Origin: the human T2T-CHM13v2.0 reference genome, Homo sapiens
Assembly (NCBI RefSeq): GCF_009914755.1
Contig: NC_060936.1
Length of the DNA stretch: 64,000 bases
Strand: one strand, 5' to 3'
The translations under genes were made by a program, and so were the position numbers. The notes beneath the pieces are model-generated. The model was not told where the DNA came from. It worked only from the letters and a program-made list of their open reading frames with translations, and did no database searches. Position 1 is the first letter of the stretch, and each line of letters begins with the position of its first letter. Positions 51,120 to 61,101 of the stretch are shown in pieces.

Positions 51120-51818
51120 TGTCTCAGTCTGTTTTGCGCTGCTATAACAGAATGCCTTAGACTGAGTATTCTATCTATTTCTTGGCTCACAGTTCTAGAA
51201 GTTGGGAAGTGTAAGTTAAAGGCACCAGCAGGTTTGGTGCTTGATGAGGCCATTCTCTTCTTTAAGAAGGCAACTGTAACCTTGGGAACGGAGGAAGGTG
51301 GGATCCTCATGTGGCAGAGGGCAGAATGGCCAAGAGGCAAAAGGGGATGGAACTCATCCTTTTATAACAGCATTAATTCCACCCATGAGGGCTGTGCCCC
51401 TTAATGATCTCTTTGTTTGTTTTTATATTTAGAGACAGAGTCTTGCTCTGTCACCCAGGCTGGACTGCAGTGGTGCAATCACAGTTCACTGCAACCTTGA
51501 ACTCCTGGGCTCAATTAATCCTCCTGCCTCAGTCTTTTGAGGAACTGGTAGGTACCACAGGTGGGCACCACCATGTTCAACTATTTTTCAAAAATAAATT
51601 TTTTGTAGAAATGGGATCTTGCTATGTTGACCAGGCTGCTCTTGAACTCCTGGCTTCAAGTGATCCTCCTGCCTTGGCCTTCCAAAGTGTTGAGATTACA
51701 GGTGTGAGCCGCCTCACCCAGCCAATCACTTCTTTAAAGTTTCACACTTTAATAACTATTATAATGGTAATTAAATTACAACGTGAATTTTGGAGGGTAC
51801 AAGCATTCACACCATAGC
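51120..51818 (-). mobile_element. Old MaLR LTR (MST/MLT1-like) interrupted by an AluJ (51412-51723, -)
   Basis: tgtctcagtc...gctataacag...ccatagca termini. Confidence 0.7.
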
Positions 51819-53509
51819 AGACAGGGCTCTTAAATTATGTAAACCCTTTTCATAATAGGGTGACAAAACTCGTGCCCATCCTCTGAGATTTTTGTGAAGA
51901 AAACAAAAAGAGAGATAACCCACATGGTACAGTGAAGACCCAGTTAAGTTTAGCTGTTCTTACATTTACCATCCTCTGCTTCCCCTTAGAGAGCAGATTT
52001 GCATGATCCTTCCAGTCCCAAGAACATTCCTGCATTGGGTGCTTAGCTTGGTTTTCACCACCAATGATATTTTCCTTGGGAAAATTATCTCAGTGTAACT
52101 GAAAGGCAACAGTTTTTAAATACAAACACAATAATGAAAGTTGGTTCAGCGGCTGAGCATCAGCTCATCAGGGAAGAGAAATCATGGAGGGGAGCAACAG
52201 GGTGAATAGTAGATGGCAGGTAGCCCTAGGTAATTACCTGAGACAGGCACTATATTGCCCATGGACTATTTTTGTATCTTCTGTGCCCTTTGTGATGTGG
52301 AGGCCAGAAACGAGGTGGACAAGGATAGGGTCCAGACCCTTTCACCTTTTTGATTCCTTAGCATAGCACTGGAAATTGTAGGGAAACACTAATTGTTACT
52401 GTTATAGTTACCAAGGCCATTATTTTCAGTTCTCCAGCTTTCTTTGTTTCTAGACAGAATTTGTTTCTGAGAAAAATTACTCTCTATGGGTGAATTGATG
52501 TTGGCTTCATCAATCTTGTCCAGCCCATATGATCTGTGAGTTGTATTTTGAGTAGAGTAATTTCTAGGGGGCTCCATTCTCTCTTGTTCTTCAAGTACTG
52601 ACCTTCAATTTCCAGTGCAAGAAGACAGTATTTGATTGTTTCTGTCTTTATTTTGAAGCTCTTTTGTGTCTAAATAGGACAAGTTGGGAAGGAATACCTC
52701 TCAAAACTTACAGAGCCAAAAAATGCATCAAGGAGGGTGGGAAATGAGTCCCAGGAAGGTGAATTGGACTGAAAACCAGATTTCTGGTCTCTCTTTATCT
52801 GGGTCTGCCAAATGCACAACTGATATTTCGACAGGTGCGACTGGCAGCTGCAAATTATTCACTTATTTAACAATAGATTTTGTGTGTGTGTCAACCAAGT
52901 GCTAGTCGATATGCAAACCCTTGGGATAGATATGAAGATCAGCATGACAGGACCCTTAACCACAATAAGCTCAAAGCTAGGGGCAAAGGGGCCTACAATT
53001 TTTAAGATGGCCCTAACATGGCAGGAACTTGACAAATTCAATATGTGATCTCATCTGAGATCATTCCATACATGTGGAAACTAAAGCTTGATTTAGAACA
53101 AAGCTTGGCTAAGGTTTTACAGCCGGAAAGGGTGAAGTTAGGTTCTGAACCAGGTCCAATACATGCCAGAGCCCTATTATCTTTTCACAGAATCATAGCT
53201 GTGAGACAATGCAATGCAACAGAATATAGATTTATTATATATAATAAATAATAGATTTCAGCATGCTATCAGAACACAGAAGATGGTATGCAATGACACT
53301 TCCCATAAATGGTGACCCCACCCCAGGTGTCATCTTGTTTTAAGTATACATTTTATTACTTTTCCTAATTAAATCCGTCCTCAGCAATTTTCTTGCCTTA
53401 TGTATTGCTATCTCCCCCCATAGCCCCTGTTGCTGGTCTGATGTTGACTGATTTGAAGCCACTAGGCATGCCATCCCTACTTGCCTGCCTCATTCATAAA
53501 CATTTCTTC

Positions 53510-54233
53510 TTTAAAAACCACTTTATTGGGTATAATTGACATGTAAAAGCTGTACATACGTAATATATGCAACTTAATATTTGTAGATAAGTATACACAC
53601 ATGAATAAACCATCACCACAATGTATACCATAAACATAGGCATTATCTTGAAAAGTCCTCCTACCCTCTTTATTGTTAATATTTTTGTGTGATAAAAACA
53701 CAACGTAAGATTTACACTCTTAGAAAATTCTAAATATACAATATAGTATTGTTGTCTATAGGCACTACGCTGTACAGTAGATCTGTAGGACTTATTCATC
53801 TTGTGTAACTGAACTTTCTACCCTTTGGCTAATACCTCCTCATTTCCCTCTCCTGTAACCCCTGGCAACCACCATTCTACTATCTGCTTCTATGAGTTTG
53901 GTTATTTGAAGTTCCTCATATAAATGGTATCATGCAGCATTTGTCCTTCTGTATCTGGCTTGTTTCACTTAGCATAACATCCTCCGTATTTATTCATGTT
54001 GCTGCAATGGCAGGATTTCTTTCTTTTTTAAGGCTAAATAATATTCCATGGCATGTACCATATGACCTAGCAATCCCATGACTGGGTATATATCCAAAGA
54101 AATTGAAATTGCAATTTCAAAGAGATGCCTGAACTCCTATGTTTATTGCAGCACTGTACACAATAGCCAACACACGAAAGCAACCTCAATGTCCATTGAC
54201 ATGTGAATAGAATAAAAATAAAATGTGGCATAT
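53510..54233 (-). mobile_element. L1MA/MB with 5' inversion (53510-54056 on -, 54057-54233 on +)
   Basis: Adjacent L1 segments in opposite orientation. Confidence 0.75.
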
Positions 54234-54644
54234 TCATTTTATTAATTTAAACTATTTGTTTCTAAGAACTTTATATTTTAGGTTGTTAGTTAGAAATGAA
54301 CAAAATAAATGCTTTTATTGCTCTATGAAAGCTTGATTCCTCAGATCTAGGCCCCCATTTGTGGTATATTGCACATTTGAATTTATCATAGGAGCAAAAG
54401 AAAGTTGTATATGTTGCAGGCTATGTTTACATGACTATGTTACAGAATTAACATTTATCTTTATTTCTTTCCTATATTCCTGTTAGAAGACAATAGGATT
54501 ATAATTCAGTTGACAGAAATGTAGCTTATGGCAGTCCTTAAGTCTGTGTCTTAACTTTGGGAATTTTGGAGGCTGGTGAAGTATAAGTATAGCTTTTCCT
54601 CTGGCTCTTTTGCTAGAAGAGAAAGCAGACTTTAAGAGAAAATT

Positions 54645-55115
54645 ATTGCAGCACTATTTACAATAGCAAAACTTTGGAACCAACCCAAATGTCCACCAAT
54701 GGTAGACTGGGTAAAGAAAATGTGGCACATATACACCATGGAATACTATGCAGCCATAAAAAAGAATAAGTTCATGTCCTTTGCAGTGACATGGACGAAG
54801 CTGGAAACTATCATTCTCAGCAAACTAACACAGGAACTGAAAAGCAAACACTGCATATTCTCACTCATAAGTGGGAGTTGAACAATGAGAATACATGGAC
54901 ACAGGGAGGGGAACATCACACACTGGGGCCTGTTGAGGGGATGAGGGGCAAGGGGAGGGAGAGCATTAGGACAAATACCTAATGCATGCGGGGCTTAAAA
55001 CCTAGATGACAGGTTGATAGGTGCAGCAAACCACCATGGCACATGTATACCTATGTAACAAACCTGCAGGTTCTGCACATGTATCCCAGGACTTAAAGTA
55101 AATAAAAAATTTAAA
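54645..55115 (+). mobile_element. L1PA (older) 3' end
   Basis: ORF 54699..54881 is the ORF2 C-terminus; 3' UTR follows. Confidence 0.92.
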
Positions 55116-55141
55116 AAGAGAAAATTATAGATTCGCATAGC

Positions 55142-55487
55142 TGATATGGTTTGGCTGTGTCCCCATCCAAATCTCATCTTGAATTATAGCTCCCAGAATC
55201 TCCACGTGTCATGGGAAGGACCTGGTGAGAGGTAATAGAATCATGGGGGCGAGTTTTTTCTGTGCTGTTCTCCTGATAGTGAATAAGTCTCATGAGTTCT
55301 GATGGTTTTACAAAGGAGAGTTCCCCTGCCACCATGCAAGACATGACTTTGCTTCTCCTTTGCCTTCCACCATGATTGTGAGGCCTCCCCAGCCATGTGG
55401 AACTGTGAGTCAATTAAACCTCTTTCCTTTATAAATTATCCAGTCTCGGGTATGTCTTTCTAAGCAGCATGAGAACAGACTAATACA
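55142..55487 (+). mobile_element. THE1 solo LTR
   Basis: TGATATGG...CTAATACA termini. Confidence 0.92.
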
Positions 55488-55926
55488 GTAGACAAAAAAA
55501 AAACCTACATTTTTAATCATAAAAGGAATGGAAATTACCAAAAAATGTCTCCTAAGGGATATAAGGGCATGCTGGTTATAAGAATTCTAACAGGAATTCC
55601 AACTCATTTTTTAAAATGAGTAATTTTTAATTTTCTAGTAATGCATATTTCAGTACATGCATTTTCCCAGTATTTGAAATTGCATAGACCTCACTTAATA
55701 ATAGACCAGAACTTATAAATTTAGTCTTAGGTAGTTTGTAAGAGATGTAAACTAGTATCATACCAGGTATTATAATCCTGGCAAAAAAATAAGCTTACTG
55801 TATTCCAATCACTTTCATTATAGATCATCTGTATGAGGTTACCTCTAGGTAATCAGAGGGCTAAATAGGAAATTCATTCCATGGAAGCAAATCATTGTGG
55901 TTAAGGGCACAGATCATGCAATAAAA

Positions 55927-56150
55927 CTGCCTGCCTGCCTGCCTGCCTGCCTTCCCTCCCTCCCTCCCTCCCTTCCTCCTTCCTTCTTTCCTTCCGTTTC
56001 TTTCTGTCCCTCTCTCCCTGTCTCCTCTCTCTCCCTTTCTCTTTTTCCCCATCTCGCTGTCTCTCTCTGTCTCTCTTTCTCTCTCTCTCTCTCCCCCGCT
56101 CTCTCTCCTTCTCTCCCTCTCTCTCTCTCCTCTTTCCCTCTCTCTATCTC
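55927..56150. repeat. (CTGC)n/(CT)-rich low-complexity repeat
   Basis: Seen directly in the sequence. Confidence 0.9.
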
Positions 56151-56229
56151 GGATCACTTGGTAAACACCAAGACAAAAACCTGCCAAAAGAAAAAGGAAT
56201 AGCTCACCACAATTTTCTAAGAACTTGAC

Positions 56230-56383
56230 ACACATCAGGGAAGAGATTGTGCCATCTTATAACAGTCACAATTTCCTAAGACTCTGACACAGTCAGAGGA
56301 TTATGCCATCTTCCCACACTCACAGTTGGATATGCCATGTGATAACCCCAGCCAGGAAGGAGACAACAGTGAGACACAAGGTT
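56230..56383 (-). pseudogene. Relic CTLD exon 5 (WLGLS...WEDG) with a duplicated 3' end
   Basis: tctacag|AACCTTGTG...TCC TGG CTG GGG TTA TCA...TGG GAA GAT GGC; frameshifted; lies 924 bp downstream of relic exon 4. Confidence 0.78.
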
Positions 56384-57307
56384 CTGTAGAAGACAAAAGC
56401 AGAACATAAGCCAAATCGTCCATGATGCTGCCTCCTGGAGTTGACTTGACCATGATGAAATGTAACCGAAATTGACAATATTCCATGACACCACCACGGC
56501 TTCTGTGCTGTGGATGGACATTGAAAAAAAATGCACAAGTTAGGAAGTTGTTTTCTTATCCTGCCTTTTCCTCTGCCTCCAAACTCTATTAAATCCAATA
56601 TAAATAAAAATCTCATTAAGTGTTTACTTTTTAAAGCTTCTTCCCCGGATCAGTCGTACATTCTCTTCTTTCAGCATACTTTTCATTTACCTAGACTGAA
56701 AATTTGATTCCCTAATGAAACGTGCTCTCCTAAAACTTTCCAAAGTATTGCATTTGATTGTCAGAATTGTCAGAAGGCAGGTGAGTTGTTGTGTAAACCT
56801 TAACTTTATACAATAACAATGTATCCACCTTAGAACAATTATAAATTCAAGATACGATGTATTTTTTAAATTATTCTCTTTTTTGGTTTATATTTTATTT
56901 TCTTCTTCTTGTACACTATTATTTCCCTAGATTCTCTTTTCCAGAATGATGTGTTAGATTTGGAATTCAATAATGAAAGACAAAAATAAGTATTTAAATG
57001 AGGAAGTATATATTTCCTCTGTCTCTTTTTGTTATCCTATTCAATATGCAAAACCAGGCTGTGTGATCTAAATCAAGTTTCTTATCCTCTAAAGCCTAGG
57101 TTTCATATCTAAAAATTAGGAATGATATTACCAGACTTGTAAGGCTGTTGTTTGCACACAAAGGAAGAATTAAATGTGATCATTTATAGACTCGCCTGAG
57201 AGCATAGTATTTTATTATTAGGTACTCAATAATTTTTTTAACTTACCCTTACCTTCTCACCTCACCTCTGTAAATTTTAACAAAAGACAGGAGACCTGCA
57301 TATTTAC

Positions 57308-57466
57308 CAATTCCTTATTCTCTATATTGAGTAAGGTAGAAATTTTAGAGATCCTCTAAAAATTTTTATCCTTGCTGTCTTGCCATGTTATGGATTCCTG
57401 AATTATTTTATATTACTGGTCTTTTGCTCCATTGCCACCTTTCAGGACAGGGCTTACATCCATTAT
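57308..57466 (-). pseudogene. Relic CTLD exon 4 of a dead Dectin-1-cluster lectin
   Basis: ttttcag|AT AAT GGA TGT AAG CCC TGT CCT GAA AGG TGG CAA TGG...GAA TTG|gtaaat = (D)NGCKPCPERWQWSK/DQ*YKIIQESITWQDSKDKNF*RISKISTLLNIENKEL. One frameshift, two stops, splice sites intact. Confidence 0.88.
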
Positions 57467-57645
57467 CTGAAAAGCCAGACGTATATATTAATTATCTTGA
57501 TTTCTTTATATTAAATATGGACCATTTAATGCAATGTTTGAGTTAGTCTTACAAATATCTCATTTCCTCCCATGTTCACAATAGCCAAAATATGAAAACA
57601 AGCTAAATGTTCATTTCATTGATGAACAAGTGGATAAAGAAAACA

Positions 57646-57647
<2 letters not shown>

Positions 57648-57714
<67 letters not shown>
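57648..57714. repeat. (TG)n(TA)n microsatellite
   Basis: Seen directly in the sequence. Confidence 0.95.
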
Positions 57715-57716
<2 letters not shown>

Positions 57717-58019
57717 AGAAAAAACTTTCCACAAGAACCTCCATGTCCTCATTTAGAATTTAATTTAATTTTTTACCTCACACACCTCTTTTTTTTTTTT
57801 TTTACTTCCACTTGACACCTTTCTGGGGTAATAGGTATGTTGTACCTGAATTCCACTCTCCCTCAAAATATCTGTCTCAAATTTGTATATACATTAGTAG
57901 GTATCAATCAGGAAGGTCTCCCTCAACCCATTCAATAGGCCCTGCCACAAAATTTGAAAAGTTTAAAAAATTCAGAGCCCTGCTTATGTACATGGGTGTA
58001 CATTTTTGCAGACAAAAAT

Positions 58020-58969
58020 CCCCTGTGCCCTACCTACTCAGCAATCTTCCCCCTTCCTATCAATCTTCCTCTTCCCCTGAATCATTGGTCACAACTGATC
58101 TCTTTGTTTTCTTTGTCTTGGTTTTTCTCGAATGTCATATAGCTAGGATAATATGATAGCTTTTCAAACCGGCTTCTTTCACGTAGTAATATGCATTTAA
58201 GATTCCTCCATGTTTTTCATAGTTTGACAACATTTCATTTTGTTGTCGAATGATACTCCATTGCATGAATGTACCACAGTTTGTTTATCCACTCATCTTT
58301 TGAAAGACATCATAATTACTTCTAATGTCTGGCAATTATGAATAAAGCTCCTGTGAAAATGTGTGTGCCAGTTTTTGTGTGTGTTGGGAGCAAGCCCCCC
58401 AAAATCCGGCCATAAACTGGCCCCAAAACTGGCCATAAACAAAATCTCTGCAGCACTGTGACATGTTCATGATGGCCCTAACACCCATGCTGGAAGGTGG
58501 TGGGTTTACGGGAATGAGGGCAAGGAGCAGCTGGCCCGCCCAGGGTGGAAAACCACTTAAAGACATTCTTAAGCCACAAACAATAGCATGAGCAATTTAT
58601 GCCTTAAGGGCATGTTCCCGCTGCAGTTAACTAGCCCAACCTATTTCTTTAATTCGGCCCATCCCTTTGTTTCCCATAAGGGATACTTTCAGTTAACCTA
58701 ATATCTACAGAAACCATGCTAATGACTGGCTTGCTGCTAATAAATACGTGGGTAAATCTCTGTTCGGGGCTCTCGGCTGTGAAGGCTGTGAGACCCCTCA
58801 TTTCCCACTTCACACCTCTATATTTCTGTGTGTGTCTTTAATTCCTCTAGCGCCTCTGGGTTAGGGTCTCCCAGACCGAGCTGGTCTCAGCAGTGTGTAC
58901 AGGTTTTCCACTTTCTATGGTTCCTAGATTGTCTGTTAATACTATACTTACCTCTATAAGAAACTGTCA
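58020..58969 (-). mobile_element. Old L1M, left part (hosts MER9); continues inverted at 60410-60653
   Basis: L1 3' region motifs; shares a 55-bp junction with the right part. Confidence 0.75.
58382..58892 (+). mobile_element. MER9 (HERV-K9/HML-3) solo LTR
   Basis: TGTTGGGAGCAAGCCCCCCAAAATC...GGTCTCAGCA, 511 bp, TSD gtgtg. Confidence 0.88.
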
Positions 58970-58974
58970 AGTTT

Positions 58975-59110
58975 ACCGGGCCGCGAGGGTGCAGGCTGCG
59001 CAGATGGTGTGGTCCTGCGCCCCGAGGGCCGCAGCAGCTCATCCGGCAGCTCCCACCCCAACAACCTGGAAGGGGGCGGGACTTCCGTTTGTACCCGGCT
59101 GTGGCAATCT
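58975..59110. promoter_or_regulatory. CpG-rich micro-island, probable bidirectional promoter (MER52-like LTR fragment)
   Basis: About 11 CpGs in ~125 bp in an otherwise CpG-poor region; GGGGCGGGACTTCCG combines a GC box and an ETS site. Confidence 0.65.
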
Positions 59111-59114
59111 GTGG

Positions 59115-59409
59115 TGAAGTTGAAATGCTTTTCTGCTAGACTGGCAACATGTTTTGATTCTTCTCAAATAACTCGCAAGCTCTTGTGAAGCACAACGGCC
59201 TACCTTGTCCTGAAGAAAACATACTCTAAGGCCCACAGATGATTAAACCCAGCCATTTATGTGACAATAGCATTTTTATTTTTCTTATCAAGATCTGGGT
59301 ATTTGATCCACACAATGGTAAAGATTCCCATGTTAGCCAAGATCTAAATGATTCAAACTGATGATACTCTCTGCAGAAGAGGTAAGAACCACTGGCAGTA
59401 GGGTGGAAG
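59115..59409 (+). other. CLEC9A: Probable CLEC9A non-coding first exon (5' UTR)
   Basis: Follows a CpG/GC-box/ETS promoter; donors GAAG|gtatgt (59410) and GAG|gtaaga (59382). Position ~20 kb after the CLEC12B ATG fits recalled gene order. No CLEC9A coding exon is in the window. Confidence 0.6.
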
Positions 59410-59868
59410 GTATGTCATTACAGATGATGCTGACAGAGAAGGTCATCTGAACCTACTTTATAAGAAAGGCATGATTAAAGGAGAAAGGGGAAAGGGCATT
59501 CTAGGTTAGGAAAGATTCTGAAGAAATGTAAAATAATATGAAGGTGTGAGCTGATATATTTAAGAAATAATGAATGATATGTGGGAGTATGTATCATCTG
59601 CAGAGATGGATGAGGGAAGATGCAAGTGGAGGGGAAGGCTGGAGCCGCTGGTGGAAAGACGTTAAGTGTATTTCAATGGCCTGATACTGCAGGCAGTAGA
59701 CAGCCTCTGTAAATCAGGTAGCTTCCTTACTCTTGCTCCTACTGATCCCTCAGTCTAAAATGCCCTCTGCACTTTCTCTTTAGAGATAGAGAGGGAAAGG
59801 GAGTCAAACACGAAATCTCCAGGAGGCCATCCCTGGTTATTTCTTACTCCTCTGTTGATTTCCTTTAA

Positions 59869-59967
59869 TCTGTGAAGTGTCTTCTAACTCGTGGCCTGAG
59901 GCTTTAGTGACTCTGCTGACTCATTGTCTGGTGCTACTGATTGTGCTAATGGTCTTCGATATTGTGT
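59869..59967 (+). pseudogene. Relic transmembrane exon 2, inverted relative to relic exons 4-6
   Basis: 99 nt, aligns without gaps to CLEC12B exon 2: xCEVSSNSWPEALVTLLTHCLVLLIVLMVFDIV vs GHPAPSPIWRHAALGLVTLCLMLLIGLVTLGMM. Acceptor reads tttaa and donor reads ccagt, so both are lost. Confidence 0.8.
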
Positions 59968-60049
59968 CCAGTGCCCCCCACCATTTTGGGAAGAAATTGG
60001 CTTTAGTTTTTACTCAGATTGAAATTTTATTTAGAAACGGGAGTAGCAA

Positions 60050-60130
60050 GACCAGGTGCAGTTAGTTACACCTGTAATCCCAGCATTTTGGAAGGCCAAG
60101 GTGGGAGGATTGCTTGAAGCCAGGAGGTTG
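60050..60130 (+). mobile_element. Tailless Alu/FLAM 5' fragment
   Basis: 17-bp TSD agaaa(c/t)gggagtagcaa; no poly(A). Confidence 0.8.
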
Positions 60131-60409
60131 AGAAATGGGAGTAGCAACCAATGTCGGTAGAAGAAACAGCATATAATAACAGGATGTGATAAATCTCAAG
60201 AAAAGTTACGCACAAATTACTATGGCAGCAGGAACGAGTGAGCCGCCCGATGCTGTCAGTGAAGGCTCTGAGGATTGGGAAGGATTGGCAGGGTTACAGG
60301 AGACAAACAAATGCTACAAATAACATTCCAAGTAGAAGGGGAAGTGAGGGTAGGGAAAGGAATGCAGACAAGGCTGAGCCTTGTTTGGAGAGCTAAGTTC
60401 AGTGTTGCA

Positions 60410-60653
60410 GATGCTCAATGTCATACCTTAGGAGGGAATTGCAAATTAAAACAACAATGAGAAACCACTGTATACTATTTGAATGACTAAAATCCAAAAT
60501 ACTCACAACATCCAATGCTGGCAAGGATGTGGAGCAACAGGAGCATTCATTCACCGCTGGTGAGAGGTAAAAAGGCATAGCCACTTTGGAAGGCAGTGTG
60601 GCAGTTTCTTACAGAGCTAAGTATAATATTAACATACAATCTAGCAACCATAG
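60410..60653 (+). mobile_element. Old L1M, right (inverted) part
   Basis: gaattgcaaattaaaacaacaatgag...ggatgtggagcaacagg. Confidence 0.8.
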
Positions 60654-60737
60654 ACGCAGGACAAGAACTCGGGCAAAGACGCCACAGCCACACAGGTTTC
60701 TGAACAGAAAATCAACATCCCAAAGATCCCGTAACAT
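60654..60737 (+). mobile_element. MER52-group LTR 3' terminal fragment
   Basis: ...caggtttctgaacagaaaatcaacatcccaaagatcccgtaaca LTR-like terminus. Confidence 0.55.
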
Positions 60738-60739
60738 AA

Positions 60740-61101
<362 letters not shown>

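Noticed and set aside
52389-52670. Exon-like - strand segment with a 62-aa ORF (MEPPRNYSTQN...)
   Set aside because: No lectin or other recognisable motif; it could be a lncRNA exon, but sequence alone cannot support that
50718-56235. R/E/G-rich ORFs at 50718-50989 and 55861-56235
   Set aside because: Translations of simple repeats
59150-59200. - strand TRACELFEKNQ, resembling the CLEC12A exon 3 end (KLCRELYSKEQ)
   Set aside because: Short match, no donor site, and on the wrong strand under the inversion model
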